In this document: positions 14,020-24,524 of the stretch, piece after piece
Position numbering within the stretch: the stretch's first letter is position 1
Layout of the letters: each line of letters begins with the position of its first letter
DNA from: Candidatus Omnitrophota bacterium
GTDB taxonomy: Bacteria; Omnitrophota; Gorgyraeia; Gygaellales; Profunditerraquicolaceae
DNA: 64,000 bases
Direction: 5' to 3'
Assembly: GCA_026387335.1 (NCBI GenBank)
Contig: JAPLLX010000006.1
Span: 125,702-189,701 of the forward strand
Position numbers and translations under genes: made by a program
The notes under the pieces: model-generated
Seen by the model: the letters and a program-made list of their open reading frames with translations, nothing else
The model's database searches: none
What the model was told of the DNA's origin: nothing

Positions 14020-14547
14020 TTATACTTTCTCAACTTGCCAGTATTCTAATTCCACCGGCGTAGAGCGCCCAAAAATAGAAACACTTACCTTAATCTTACC
14101 CTTTTCCGGGTGGATCTCGTCGATTGTCCCGTTAAAATTCTGGAATGGCCCTTCGGTGACCCTTACCTGTTCGCCTTTCTCAAAAACGATCTTAGGGCTG
14201 GGTTTAACTTGAGTATCCTTTGTCTTCTTTAAAATATTATCTACTTCGATTTGCGGCAGGGGCATAGGTTTCTTTCCTAAGCCTATAAATCCGGTGACTC
14301 CGGGAGAGCTTTTAACAAACAAATAAGTCTGCTCATTCAGTTCCATCTCAATCAATAAATAACCGGGGAAAAACTTCCTTTGAGAAATTTTCTTTTTGCC
14401 TGAACGGACCTCAGAAACCTGCTCGGTAGGAATGATCACGCTGGAAATCGCGTCCTGCATACCGCTAACGGCAATCTTGTTCTCTAAAGAGGTCTTGACC
14501 TTATCCTCTAATCCTGTTTGTGTGTGCACTACGTACCAGCTCTTCAT
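14020..14547 (-). CDS. nusG: Transcription termination/antitermination factor NusG
   Basis: WYVVHT NGN domain, FPGY, KOW motif VRVTEGPF. Confidence 0.98.
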   Translation of the reverse strand: MKSWYVVHTQTGLEDKVKTSLENKIAVSGMQDAISSVIIPTEQVSEVRSGKKKISQRKFFPGYLLIEMELNEQTYLFVKSSPGVTGFIGLGKKPMPLPQIEVDNILKKTKDTQVKPSPKIVFEKGEQVRVTEGPFQNFNGTIDEIHPEKGKIKVSVSIFGRSTPVELEYWQVEKV

Positions 14548-14738
14548 TATTTAAATAAAAGGCTTAATAACTTGGAGAGGAATACATCCAGTACCCCGAT
14601 AAAAACACCCAAAGCTACAGTGACTACGATGACGACCAGGGTGGAAGCTAATAATTCTTCGCGGGTGCTCCAGGCGACCTTTCCCAGTTCTGCCTTAACC
14701 TCTTTTATAAAATTAACAGGTTTTGCGAATATTCCCAT
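14547..14738 (-). CDS. secE: Preprotein translocase subunit SecE
   Basis: EVKAELGKVAWS plus one TM helix; between tRNA-Trp and nusG. Confidence 0.95.
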   Translation of the reverse strand: MGIFAKPVNFIKEVKAELGKVAWSTREELLASTLVVIVVTVALGVFIGVLDVFLSKLLSLLFK

Positions 14739-14776
14739 AACTTACTCTTTTTTTACCCTCTACCGCTTTCTAACTA

Positions 14777-14847
14777 CAGGAGCGGCAGGACTTGAACCTG
14801 CAGTCACGGTTTTGGAGACCGTTGGTTTGCCATTAACCGACGCCCCT
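14777..14847 (-). tRNA. tRNA-Trp (CCA); 3' CCA not encoded
   Basis: Minus strand AGGGGCG...ACGGT-CTCCAAA-ACCGT...GGTTCAAGTCC...CGCTCCT-G. Confidence 0.96.
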
Positions 14848-14855
14848 ATCATTAG

Positions 14856-15005
14856 TTATTTCGTTTCTTTATGCGGGGTATGCTTATGACAGGACTTACA
14901 GAATTTACTGATTTCTAAACGGTCCTGATGCAGTTTTTTATTTTTTGTCGTCGTATAATTTCTATTTTTGCAAACCGTACACTCTAATGTGATTATTTCG
15001 CGCAT
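14856..15005 (-). CDS. rpmG: 50S ribosomal protein L33 (zinc-binding form)
   Basis: Manual translation [24 protein letters not shown]...[16 protein letters not shown], 49 aa; below the ORF-track cutoff. Confidence 0.97.
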   Translation of the reverse strand: MREIITLECTVCKNRNYTTTKNKKLHQDRLEISKFCKSCHKHTPHKETK

Positions 15006-15014
15006 ATAATTTTA

Positions 15015-15087
15015 AGCTGGAGACGAGAATTGAACTCGTGACCCCGTCCTTACCAAGGACGTGCTCTGCCAACTGAGCTACTCCAGC
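15015..15087 (-). tRNA. tRNA-Thr (GGT); 3' CCA not encoded
   Basis: Minus strand GCTGGAG-TAGCTCAGTTGGCAGAGC-A-CGTCC-TTGGTAA-GGACG...GTTCAATTC...CTCCAGC-T. Confidence 0.96.
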
Positions 15088-15232
15088 ATTTTTTTTGTTG
15101 GATACCTTGCCGGAGAAATTATCCTAAATATAAAAAAAAACCCACCAGAAGAATTCAAAAAAAAGAATTCTCTTTGTTCCCTTTTATCCTGTAATTAAAG
15201 TATTATGAATCCTGAATTTACGTGAGCAATAG

Positions 15233-15261
15233 AATATATACCGGATTGGCGGGTTTGTCAA
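15233..15261 (-). promoter_or_regulatory. Sigma70-type promoter for the tRNA/r-protein/rpo super-operon
   Basis: TTGACA-17 bp-TATATT on the minus strand. Confidence 0.7.
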
Positions 15262-16067
15262 GTATTTTTTAATAAATATTGTGTATTTGCCAAAAGCGCA
15301 AAGTTTTCCAAAGTCAGGCATTCCGGCCTGGTCTTAGGGTTTAAGCTGGATTGCTTAAAGAAAATATCCAAAACTTCCGGAGAAACCAACTCTAAGAGGC
15401 TGTTTTTCAATGTCTTTCTCCTCTGGTTAAAAGCTCCCCGGATGATACTGAATAATAGTCCTTCATCTTTCACCAAGACTGCGGGAAATTCCCTTATTTT
15501 CAACTCCAGGAACGCGGAATCAACTTTGGGAGCCGGCTTAAAGCAATTTTTGCTGATCTCAAAAATGATCCTGGGTAAAGTATAATATTGCACAAAACAA
15601 CTGAACGACCCGTAATCTTTATTGCCGGGCAAGGAAACGACCCTTTTGGCAAATTCTTTCTGGACCGTGATAAATATAGCGGATAACGACTTACGGAAAT
15701 TTAAGAGCCGCTCAATTATAGGGCTGGATATATAATAAGGGATATTGCCGAATACCTTTATCCTGGATTTAATCTTATTCTCTTTAATAAACCCGGCTAA
15801 ATCAAATTTCAGGATATCCTGATTAATTATTTGTATATTTTTACGCTCACTCAGTGTCTGGGTTAAAAGGTCATAGAGCCTCTTGTCAATTTCAATGCCG
15901 TAAACCTGCTTAATCTTGGCGGCAATGAGCCCGGTCAATTCGCCTCGGCCCGAGCCTACTTCCAAAACAATATCATCCGGCTTTAAATCCAGAGAGTTAA
16001 TTATCTTAAGCCTTATGTTTTGATCGATTAGAAAATTCTGGCCTAAACTCTTTTTAGGTTTGTGCAT
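15258..16067 (-). CDS. rsmA: 16S rRNA m6,2A dimethyltransferase RsmA/KsgA
   Basis: KKSLGQNFL, VLEVGSGRG, GNIPYYIS. Confidence 0.97.
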   Translation of the reverse strand: MHKPKKSLGQNFLIDQNIRLKIINSLDLKPDDIVLEVGSGRGELTGLIAAKIKQVYGIEIDKRLYDLLTQTLSERKNIQIINQDILKFDLAGFIKENKIKSRIKVFGNIPYYISSPIIERLLNFRKSLSAIFITVQKEFAKRVVSLPGNKDYGSFSCFVQYYTLPRIIFEISKNCFKPAPKVDSAFLELKIREFPAVLVKDEGLLFSIIRGAFNQRRKTLKNSLLELVSPEVLDIFFKQSSLNPKTRPECLTLENFALLANTQYLLKNT

Positions 16068-16999
16068 TTTATGGCAAGTTTAATCGCGGCGATCATTGAA
16101 CTCGGATCGGCTAAGCGCGGGGTCTTAGCAATGTCAAAGGCCGTCCCGTGAAGAGGCGAAGTCCTTATAAAGGGAAGTCCCAGAGTCATATTGGCGCCCG
16201 CAGCGAAACCGGTCAGCTTTAAGGGTATGAGTGCTTGATCATGATACAAAGCAATCAGGCAATCGTATTTACCCTGATAAGCCCGCAGGATAGCCACGTC
16301 AGCTGCCAGGGGACCGTCAATATTAATTCCTTTTCTCAACATTTTAAGCGCGGGCTGCATAATTTCCTTTTCTTCTTTTCCGATTAAACCGTTCTCGGAA
16401 GCATGCGGATTAAGGCTGCAGAGCGCTAAGCGCGGATTCTGTATACCAAAAAGGTTTTTAAGCGCCTTAAAAACAATAGAGACATCTTTGCATAGCTTAT
16501 CTTTGGATAATGCCGCCGGCACTGCTTTTAACGGTATATGCCTGGTAATGAGGCCAAACTTTAAAAAATCATTAAGCAACAGCATAACTACCTCTTCGAC
16601 CCCTGTTTTATTAAGAAAATATTCCGTGTGGCCGCCATACTTATAGCCCGCTTTTATTACAGCTTCCTTAGATATAGGGGCGGTCACCAGGCAATCAATT
16701 TCTTTCCTGCGCAATAGATCCAAAGCCTTATCCAGATACTCAATAGACGCTCTCCCATACTCAGCGCTTATTTTCCCGCGGGAGAATTTCTGGCGGTTGA
16801 TATTGCCTAAATCTACCAACCTGGCTGCGCTTAAATCCTTTAACAGATGACCGTCGCCGATGACCACAAAGTCCGCCAGGTTTTTAAGTTTATTGACTGC
16901 CTTAAGGGTTATAGCCGGGCCTATTCCGGAAGGATCCCCTATAGTAATGCCGACTCTGATTTTATTTGATTTTAATATAGGATTTATTTTTAAGCTCAT
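16043..16999 (-). CDS. pdxA: 4-hydroxythreonine-4-phosphate dehydrogenase
   Basis: GDPSGIGP, TAPISK, GHTEY, NPHA, YHDQ, RTSPLHGTAFDIA; surA-pdxA-rsmA synteny. Confidence 0.95.
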   Translation of the reverse strand: MSLKINPILKSNKIRVGITIGDPSGIGPAITLKAVNKLKNLADFVVIGDGHLLKDLSAARLVDLGNINRQKFSRGKISAEYGRASIEYLDKALDLLRRKEIDCLVTAPISKEAVIKAGYKYGGHTEYFLNKTGVEEVVMLLLNDFLKFGLITRHIPLKAVPAALSKDKLCKDVSIVFKALKNLFGIQNPRLALCSLNPHASENGLIGKEEKEIMQPALKMLRKGINIDGPLAADVAILRAYQGKYDCLIALYHDQALIPLKLTGFAAGANMTLGLPFIRTSPLHGTAFDIAKTPRLADPSSMIAAIKLAIKCTNLKRV

Positions 17000-17891
17000 C
17001 TAACCATTTAACAAGTTCTTCCTGCATTTTCTTCTCAAAAATAAACGACTGGATTTTATACTGGACATCGCTAAGGGAAAGCTGTTTGGAGGGGATTATA
17101 TTAATCAGCCTGAACACATAATATTTATCATCCATCTTGACGACACTTGATACTTCATTAACCCCGAGGCTAAAAACCGCCTCCTCAATCTCCTTCTTTA
17201 AATTTTCTTTCCTTAGCACGCTAAACTTATTAACCGTAAAAGGGTATCTTCCCGCCAGTTCTTCGGCGCTCTTACCGGCCTTTAAATTATAGGCGAAGCT
17301 ATCCGCCAAATCTTCACTCTCAAAAGCGAAGGCCTCAAACTCCCTCTCTTCACCGGAAGAGAAATCCTTCTTCTTGTCTTCATAAAACTTAGTCACCTCA
17401 TCCGGCCTTACGCTTATTTTACTGCGCACTTTCTGCTCGATTATCCCATACATAAGGAATTGTTCCCTTATCTTGTTTTCAATATCCGCCTGGGTAAGCC
17501 CCTGTTTCATCAGGTCCGCCTGGAACTGCGCGTCGGAATTATAACGCTTCTTTATTTCACTTATCCTGGACTTTACCCTGCCTTCATCAAAAACTACCTT
17601 TTCTTTTCTAGCCTCCTGGAGGATCAAACGATCCTCAATAAGCCGGTTTAACAAATCCAACTTGGCTGAAGAAATTTTCTCCTCAAGGTCCTTTCCTTTA
17701 TACTCCCGGGAAAATTGCAATCTCATAAAATTAAGGAAATCATTTAAATCCTTCTGGGTTATCACATCATTATTCACGATAGCTACTATCTGATCCTGCG
17801 CGTATAGAAAGCAGGCAGTATTTAGTATGCAGCCTGCCGGAAGGATAAGATAAAAAAATAAAATAAACTTTAAGTTAATTATGCGTTTCAT
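16962..17891 (-). CDS. surA: SurA-like periplasmic chaperone/PPIase
   Basis: Signal peptide followed by DQIVAIVNNDVIT SurA N-domain; likely start at 17891. Confidence 0.8.
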   Translation of the reverse strand: MKRIINLKFILFFYLILPAGCILNTACFLYAQDQIVAIVNNDVITQKDLNDFLNFMRLQFSREYKGKDLEEKISSAKLDLLNRLIEDRLILQEARKEKVVFDEGRVKSRISEIKKRYNSDAQFQADLMKQGLTQADIENKIREQFLMYGIIEQKVRSKISVRPDEVTKFYEDKKKDFSSGEEREFEAFAFESEDLADSFAYNLKAGKSAEELAGRYPFTVNKFSVLRKENLKKEIEEAVFSLGVNEVSSVVKMDDKYYVFRLINIIPSKQLSLSDVQYKIQSFIFEKKMQEELVKWLDELKNKSYIKIK

Positions 17892-19782
17892 TAAACACCC
17901 CGGTCTTTTTAAAAGTATCAATTGCCTCCCTTAATAATCGGCAATAAAGGTCAAAACCGATAGCCGAAATAAAACCGTGCTGCTCTAACCCTAACAAGTT
18001 TCCCGCTCCCCTTATCTCTAAATCCTCCATGGCGATATTAAAACCGCTCCCCAGTTGCGTATAACTCTGGATCGCGTCCAATCTCTTACGGGCGTCCTTC
18101 TCTAAAACCATATTTTTAGGCACCATAAAATAGGCGTAGGCTTTGCGGTTAAATCTGCCTACCCTTCCGCGCAATTGATGCAAATCGGATAACCCGAACA
18201 TCTGCGCGTTATTCACGATTATAGTATTGGCGTTAGGAATATCAATTCCCGATTCAATGATCATTGTAGAGATTAAACAATCCACGCGGCCCTTCAGGAA
18301 TTCAGACATTACTCCTTCCAGTTCGCTGGGATGCATTTGTCCGTGCCCTACTGCCAGGCGCACATTCTTAGGCAGAATTTTAGCCAGCCTCTCTTTTATT
18401 TCTTGAATATCTTCTACCCGGTTGTGCAGAAAGAAGACCTGGCCCCGACGGGCTACCTCCCTTAAAATAGCCTGGCGGATTAAATCGTCATCATATTCTA
18501 CCACAATCGTCTTTATAGGCAACCTATTTTCCGGAGGCGTATTGATAACGGATAAATCGCGGCTGCCCATCAAGCTCATATACAAAGTCCTGGGTATGGG
18601 GGTGGCGGTCAAGGTAAGGACGTTGGCGGAAAATTTAAGCTTCTTTAACTTCTCTTTATTTTTTACCCCAAAACGCTGCTCTTCGTCAATGATTACCAGG
18701 CCCAAATCTTTAAAGGATACATCATCTGAAAGCAGCCTATGCGTACCTATTACTATATCCACAAAACCTTCCCTTAAGCCCCGCACAACTTCTTTCTGCT
18801 CATCCTTAGTCTTAAAACGGCAAAGGAGCTGGATATTTATAGGAAATTCCGTAAGCCGCGAACTAAAGTTTTGATAATGCTGTTCAGCTAATATTGTCGT
18901 GGGGACCAGATAGGCTACCTGTTTACCGTCCATTACCGCCTTAAAAGCAGAGCGCATAGCGACTTCCGTCTTGCCATATCCGACATCTCCGCAAAGCAGC
19001 CTATCCATCAGCTTTCCGGACTCCATATCCTGCTTCACCTCTAAAACAACAGTTGCCTGATCCGGAGTCTCCTGGTAAGGAAAAGTCTCCTCAAACTTAA
19101 TCTGCCAGGCTGTATCCTTAGAATAAACAAAACCTTTTGTGCTAACGCGCATTGCCTGCAGGCTTAATAAATCCCAGGCCATCTTTTGAATACCCTTGTA
19201 AGCCCGCTGTTTTACCCTGGACCATTCTTTTCCTCCCAGACGGTAGAGCTTCGGCCGCTTAGCGTGAAATGCGATATATTTCTGCACCAGGTGCATGGAC
19301 TCAACCGGGACATAAAGTTTCTCCGTACGGTCATACTCAATGACTAGATGGTCTTTAAGCTTATCGCCGGACTCAATCTTATTTAAACCTAAAAACCTGC
19401 CCACGCCATGCTCATTATGCACGACATAATCGCCTATCTTTAGATCCAGAAAACCGGATAACGGAAAATCTTCGGTTATCGGCGTAGTCTTTAAGGTTCC
19501 TGGCTTTCGGATAGGCAGAATAATGGCTAACTTATGCTCCCAAAGAGGCTCGCCCGTGGAAGGATTAAAAGTTTTGATCGATGATATTATATCGTTATTT
19601 AATTCTATGCGGATAGGAAGCTCAAATGAATTGGGGAAAATATCGATGATCCCGCCGCGGCGGGCGAAATCGCCTTCAACCAGTATAGCATCCTGTCTCT
19701 TATAGCCAAAATCAACTAAAATGGCCAAGAGCTTTTCTAAATCAGTCTCCTGGCCGGAATATAGCTTAAGGGATTTAAACAT
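17875..19782 (-). CDS. mfd: Transcription-repair coupling factor, short 635-aa form
   Basis: GDYVVHNEHGVG (RID domain), CGDVGYGKTEV, DEEQRFG, DLEIRGAGNLLG. Confidence 0.92.
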   Translation of the reverse strand: MFKSLKLYSGQETDLEKLLAILVDFGYKRQDAILVEGDFARRGGIIDIFPNSFELPIRIELNNDIISSIKTFNPSTGEPLWEHKLAIILPIRKPGTLKTTPITEDFPLSGFLDLKIGDYVVHNEHGVGRFLGLNKIESGDKLKDHLVIEYDRTEKLYVPVESMHLVQKYIAFHAKRPKLYRLGGKEWSRVKQRAYKGIQKMAWDLLSLQAMRVSTKGFVYSKDTAWQIKFEETFPYQETPDQATVVLEVKQDMESGKLMDRLLCGDVGYGKTEVAMRSAFKAVMDGKQVAYLVPTTILAEQHYQNFSSRLTEFPINIQLLCRFKTKDEQKEVVRGLREGFVDIVIGTHRLLSDDVSFKDLGLVIIDEEQRFGVKNKEKLKKLKFSANVLTLTATPIPRTLYMSLMGSRDLSVINTPPENRLPIKTIVVEYDDDLIRQAILREVARRGQVFFLHNRVEDIQEIKERLAKILPKNVRLAVGHGQMHPSELEGVMSEFLKGRVDCLISTMIIESGIDIPNANTIIVNNAQMFGLSDLHQLRGRVGRFNRKAYAYFMVPKNMVLEKDARKRLDAIQSYTQLGSGFNIAMEDLEIRGAGNLLGLEQHGFISAIGFDLYCRLLREAIDTFKKTGVFNETHN

Positions 19783-19814
19783 CCGTAATATTTATCTAGC
19801 CTAAAACTTACTAT

Positions 19815-22016
19815 CTATTTGGAGCGCTTGCGGCCCCAGGCAAGAACTAAAGGCGAAGCAATAAAAACTGTAGAATATACGCCTGAAATGAAACCTACTA
19901 ACAAGGCAAAAGCAAAGTTATTTAATACCGCTCCTCCGTAGAGAAAAATGGCCAGAACAACCAATAAAGTCACTCCGGAAGTAAGTATGGTCCTGGAGAG
20001 TGTCTGGTTTACGCTTAAATTAATCAACTCATAAAGGCTGAGTTTCTGATAAGTACGCATATTCTCCCTGACCCGGTCATAAATGACGATCGTATCATTA
20101 ATAGAATAACCGGCAATAGTCAAAAAAGCGGTAATACTCAAGAGGTCAATGGGCCTGCCCGTAACAACCAGGGCCCCAAAAGTTATCAGGACATCATGGA
20201 TAAGAGCGATTACGCCGGCAATAGCAAAATTCATATGCTTAAACCTGAAAGCCACATAGACTAGTATGATGACTAAAGACCAAACTAGAGCCCATATGGC
20301 TTTTTCTTTTAAATGTTTCCCGGCTACAGGGCCGACGCGTTCAATCTTTAAAATCTGGATATCCTGTTTAGGAAAGGCCTCTTTTAATTTAGAGGTCAAA
20401 ATCTCGCTTTTATCTTCGACAGTACGGATTAAGACCGCCTTAGGGTTCTCTTTAAATTGCTGTATAGAGGCATCGCCCAAACCTACATCTTTTAATACGC
20501 CGCGTATTTTATCCACGTCCGGGACTTCTTTAAAACTGTATTCCTGCATTGAGCCTCCGGCAAAATCAATCCCGTAGACGCTGTCTCCCTTTTTAAAATA
20601 AGCCGCCAGCCCGATGATTATGACAATAAGTGAAAGAGCGTAAAAAAACCTGCGCTTCTTAATAAAGTCGATTTTAGTCTGGCCGATTAATCTAAGCATC
20701 GGTAGCGTCTTCAGCCACCCCAAACTTAACAAGATTTCAAATATGGTCCGCGTTACTACTATCGCGGTAAACATGCTCGCGATTAAACCTATGGTCAAGG
20801 TTACGCCAAAACCTTTTATTGAGCCTGTTCCCAACCAGATCAAAATAATTGCCGCAAATAGTGTAGTCAGATTAGAGTCAAAGATCGCGCTAAAGGCCTT
20901 GGAATAACCATTAGTTATGGCAGCCCGCAAATTCCTGCCGAGGTTTAATTCTTCACGGATACGTTCATTAATTAAAACGTTAGCGTCTACGGCCATACCT
21001 AAAGATAAAACCATGCCGGCAATTCCGGGCAAAGTCAAAGTTGCGGAGAATTCCGGTAATAAATACGGGAGTGCTCCTAACACGCCTAAAATCATAAACA
21101 AATTGAATATAAGCGCGATATTGGCGATCAAGCCGGCTAAAAGATAATAAACCGCCATAAAAACAAAAACAAGTATACCCCCGACTATGCTGGCTTTTAC
21201 GCCGCTATTTATAGAGTCCTGGCCTAATAGAGGCCCGATAGTCCGCTCTTCTTCAATATAAAGCGGCGCGGGCAAAGCGCCTGACCTTAACACATTCGCC
21301 AGGTCCTGGGCCTGTTCAACGCTGAAACGCCCGGTAATCACTGCTTCCCCCGAAGGAATAGCTTCCCGGATATTTGGGGCTGACTGTACTTTACCGTCTA
21401 AAACAATGGCTAATCTTTTCCCGACGTTAGCCGCAGTCACTTCCGCAAACTTCTTAGCCCCTTCAGCGTTAAAACGCAAAGAGACTACCGGCTCGTTAAA
21501 TTGGCTTGAGCTAAAATGCACGGATGCGTCAGTCAAGGCCTCGCCGATCAAAGCTGTATTTTTTTCCACTAAAATCGGCGCATTATCATCCTGGACATAC
21601 TTTAATTCATAGCCCTCAGGGACTTTTCCGGCTAACGCTTCGGTTAAACCCGCTTGATCCGAAGAAACCAGCTTAAATTCCAGCAAGGCGACTTTCCCGA
21701 TCAACTCCCTGGCCCGCTCCCTATCCGTAAAACCAGCCAACTCCACTACTATTTCATCAATACCGTGCTTCTGGATCAAGGGTTCCCGTACACCGTAGCT
21801 ATCTATCCTCTTTCTGATGACCTCCATGGCCCGGTCTGCGGCATCTACTCTGGCGTTTTCCGGAATTTTAGCTGTATCCACCTTAAGCAAAAGATGCATC
21901 CCTCCTTTTAGATCCAATCCCAGATTGATCCTCTTATCTAAAGGAAAGGTAAAATAAACGCACAATCCCATAATTGCCAGTATAAAAACGGATTTATAAA
22001 TAACCCTTTTCTCCAT
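19815..22016 (-). CDS. secDF: Fused SecD/SecF translocase subunit
   Basis: LGLDLKGG, MAVDANVLINERIREE, GIDFAGG, GYSINDTIVIYDRVRE. Confidence 0.97.
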   Translation of the reverse strand: MEKRVIYKSVFILAIMGLCVYFTFPLDKRINLGLDLKGGMHLLLKVDTAKIPENARVDAADRAMEVIRKRIDSYGVREPLIQKHGIDEIVVELAGFTDRERARELIGKVALLEFKLVSSDQAGLTEALAGKVPEGYELKYVQDDNAPILVEKNTALIGEALTDASVHFSSSQFNEPVVSLRFNAEGAKKFAEVTAANVGKRLAIVLDGKVQSAPNIREAIPSGEAVITGRFSVEQAQDLANVLRSGALPAPLYIEEERTIGPLLGQDSINSGVKASIVGGILVFVFMAVYYLLAGLIANIALIFNLFMILGVLGALPYLLPEFSATLTLPGIAGMVLSLGMAVDANVLINERIREELNLGRNLRAAITNGYSKAFSAIFDSNLTTLFAAIILIWLGTGSIKGFGVTLTIGLIASMFTAIVVTRTIFEILLSLGWLKTLPMLRLIGQTKIDFIKKRRFFYALSLIVIIIGLAAYFKKGDSVYGIDFAGGSMQEYSFKEVPDVDKIRGVLKDVGLGDASIQQFKENPKAVLIRTVEDKSEILTSKLKEAFPKQDIQILKIERVGPVAGKHLKEKAIWALVWSLVIILVYVAFRFKHMNFAIAGVIALIHDVLITFGALVVTGRPIDLLSITAFLTIAGYSINDTIVIYDRVRENMRTYQKLSLYELINLSVNQTLSRTILTSGVTLLVVLAIFLYGGAVLNNFAFALLVGFISGVYSTVFIASPLVLAWGRKRSK

Positions 22017-22046
22017 TTTCCCTTTTTCTCCTTGAGTATTCGCTGG

Positions 22047-22322
22047 TTACGCTTTTTTAATAACCGCTATGCAATTCTTTTCCAGCTCAATCTTTACATT
22101 CTCATCTATTCTTAAGATTATTGTTTTTTCTTTGACATTGACAATAGTCCCGTGTATTCCGCTGGAAGTGACTACTTCGTCATTTTTATTAAGATTACCC
22201 AGCATCTTCTGGTGCTCTTTTTCCTTCTGTCTTTGCGGCCGGATCAGCATAAAATAAAAAATAACAAAAATAAGCGCTAAAGGAACCAGATTAATTATCG
22301 AGTTAGTTGCTTGAGGCTGCAT
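22047..22322 (-). CDS. yajC: Preprotein translocase subunit YajC
   Basis: FYFMLIRPQ, DEVVTSSGIHG. Confidence 0.96.
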   Translation of the reverse strand: MQPQATNSIINLVPLALIFVIFYFMLIRPQRQKEKEHQKMLGNLNKNDEVVTSSGIHGTIVNVKEKTIILRIDENVKIELEKNCIAVIKKA

Positions 22323-22560
22323 TTTTCTTCTCCTTCTTTATAAGGCTCTTAACGGTGGCTGAAACTTGAGCGCCATTTTTAATCCAATACTGGATTCGCT
22401 CTGACTTTAATCTTGCCTCACCGGTTGTAGGAACATAGAACCCCAACTCTTCCAGGACTCTGCCGTCCCGGCCGGTTCGCTCATCATAAGCGGCAACCCG
22501 GAAATGCGGCTTACCTTTGGGATTTTTTCCGATTCTTCTTAAACGAATATGAACCGCCAT
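22303..22560 (-). CDS. rpsP: 30S ribosomal protein S16
   Basis: MAVHIRLRRIG...RDGRVLEELGFY...GAQVSATV. Confidence 0.96.
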   Translation of the reverse strand: MAVHIRLRRIGKNPKGKPHFRVAAYDERTGRDGRVLEELGFYVPTTGEARLKSERIQYWIKNGAQVSATVKSLIKKEKKNAASSN

Positions 22561-22589
22561 TTTTTACTCCTCCTATAATAAATTGTTAA

Positions 22590-22700
22590 TATCCAATCAC
22601 CAAATCCCAATGTCAAATGAAATCCCAATGACCCAATGTCCAGATTGGGACTTGAGATTTGAAGTTTCATTCGTCATTGAAACTTGGATATTGGTCATTT
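22590..22700. repeat. Imperfect long inverted repeat built from short CCAATG/CAAAT units
   Basis: Left arm CAATGTCAAATGAAAT matches the reverse complement of right arm GTTTCATTCGTCATTG at 13/16; ACCAAATCC pairs imperfectly with GGATATTGGT. Confidence 0.65.
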
Positions 22701-22710
22701 ACCAGTATTA

Positions 22711-24192
22711 CTATTTGATAATTGCCTCTATCAACGCTTTAGCTTTATTCACTGTCTCAAAATATTCTTTTTCCGGGACGGAATCCGCTACGATTCCGGC
22801 GCCAGCCTGAACATAGGCATACCCGTTTTTCATAAGGATCGTCCTTATAGTAATGCAGGTATCCATATTATGCGAGAAGCTAAAATAACCGACGCATCCT
22901 GCGTAAGGGCCGCGCCTGGTGTTTTCCAATTCGTCGATAATCTCCATCGCGCGGATTTTGGGGCTGCCGGAAACTGTCCCTGCGGGAAAGGTGGCTTTCA
23001 ATACATCATAAATATCATAACGTTTATTGTCAAGCCTTCCTTTTACATCGCTCACTAAATGCATGACATGCGAATATTTCTCCACGCTCATAAATTCATC
23101 CACTTCTACTGTCCCCACACGGCTCACCCTCCCTAAATCATTCCTCCCTAAATCCACCAGCATAAGATGTTCAGCTCTTTCTTTTTTATCGTTAATCAAT
23201 TCCTTAGCCAATTTTTTATCTTCTTTTTCATCTCTGCCGCGCGGCCGCGTACCGGCAATAGGGCGAGTCTCAATTATTCCGTCCTCGCAACGCACCAGCA
23301 TTTCAGGAGAAGCCCCGACTAGATACATATCTTTTAGTTGTAAGTAATACATATAGGGAGAAGGATTCAGGCTGCGTAAAGCCCGGTAAATCCTAAACGG
23401 ATCCTTATCCGTAATAAGCTTAAAGCGTTGAGACGGAACAACCTGAATAATATCCCCTTTTTTAATATACTTTTTGGCCTCTCTGACTGCGTTCTCAAAT
23501 TCGTTCTTCTTAAAATTTGAGCTAAATTTCATTTTTTGAGGAAGAGCTTCATTCTCGTTTTCATCAAGCGGCTGGTTAAAATCTACCTGAATAGATTCTA
23601 TCCTGCAAACAGCTTTATTATATAAAGCGCTCTTTGCGGCTGTTGAAAGTTTTCCTTTAGGCAAAATCACATTGCTTACGATCTTAATATTGTGATTAAC
23701 ATGGTCAAAAACCAATAGGGTATCCGCCAGCATCAAAACACTATCCGGCACCTTAAGCTCATCCGGATTTTTATCGGGTATATTTTCAAAAAACCTGACC
23801 GTATCATAACCTATATACCCAACCAGCCCCCCGCAGAAACGCGGCAGGCCGCGAACTTCGACGCTTTTAAAATCCCGCATTATCTTTTTTATTTCATCGA
23901 TGGGAGTGGATTTAGTAACAAATTTTCTGACCGCTTTCCTGGCGGAATAATTTATTTCAATTTTCCGGCCCTTAGATTTAAATACTAAGGCCGGAACGCT
24001 CCCTAAAAATGAATAGCGGGCGACCTTCTCTTGTCCTTCTACAGATTCCAATAAGAAAGCGTAATTATCTTTACTTATCTTTAAAAAGGCAGAGACCGGA
24101 GTCTCAAGATCGGCGTTGATTTCCTTATAGACCGGGATCACATTGCCTCTCTTGGTCAACCTTAAGAATTCTTTTAATGGAGGATGGATCAT
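22711..24192 (-). CDS. trpE: Anthranilate synthase component I
   Basis: [46 protein letters not shown]. Confidence 0.95.
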   Translation of the reverse strand: MIHPPLKEFLRLTKRGNVIPVYKEINADLETPVSAFLKISKDNYAFLLESVEGQEKVARYSFLGSVPALVFKSKGRKIEINYSARKAVRKFVTKSTPIDEIKKIMRDFKSVEVRGLPRFCGGLVGYIGYDTVRFFENIPDKNPDELKVPDSVLMLADTLLVFDHVNHNIKIVSNVILPKGKLSTAAKSALYNKAVCRIESIQVDFNQPLDENENEALPQKMKFSSNFKKNEFENAVREAKKYIKKGDIIQVVPSQRFKLITDKDPFRIYRALRSLNPSPYMYYLQLKDMYLVGASPEMLVRCEDGIIETRPIAGTRPRGRDEKEDKKLAKELINDKKERAEHLMLVDLGRNDLGRVSRVGTVEVDEFMSVEKYSHVMHLVSDVKGRLDNKRYDIYDVLKATFPAGTVSGSPKIRAMEIIDELENTRRGPYAGCVGYFSFSHNMDTCITIRTILMKNGYAYVQAGAGIVADSVPEKEYFETVNKAKALIEAIIK

Positions 24193-24524
24193 TTTATCTT
24201 CCTAAAAAAACAACTTCTATTTCCCGTGTGGCAAGCTACGCCTACTTGGCGCACCTTGATTAAAAGCGCGTCCAGATCACAGTCATATTGAATGGATTTG
24301 ACAAATTGAAAATGCCCGCTAGTCGAGCCTTTGACCCAATACTCTTTACGCGAGCGCGACCAAAAACAGGTCTTGCCCATCTTTATGGTCCGGCGCATTG
24401 ACTCTTTGTTCATATAGGCCAGCATCAGCACTTCGCCTGTTTTATAATCCTGTATTATTGCCGGGATTAATCCGGATTTATCAAACTTAAAATCGCTTAA
24501 ACTAACCTTGGCTTTTTTTATCAT
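24189..24524 (-). CDS. hisI: Phosphoribosyl-AMP cyclohydrolase
   Basis: [26 protein letters not shown]; no fused HisE. Confidence 0.96.
   Translation of the reverse strand: MIKKAKVSLSDFKFDKSGLIPAIIQDYKTGEVLMLAYMNKESMRRTIKMGKTCFWSRSRKEYWVKGSTSGHFQFVKSIQYDCDLDALLIKVRQVGVACHTGNRSCFFRKIK

Noticed and set aside
538-14889. Many plus-strand ORFs of 60-190 aa opposite tuf, fusA, rpoBC and r-protein genes
   Set aside because: Antisense shadows of conserved genes with no recognisable motifs; the same applies to similar ORFs across the window
22583-22810. 75-aa plus-strand ORF over the inverted repeat
   Set aside because: Low-complexity translation of the repeat arms, overlapping trpE antisense
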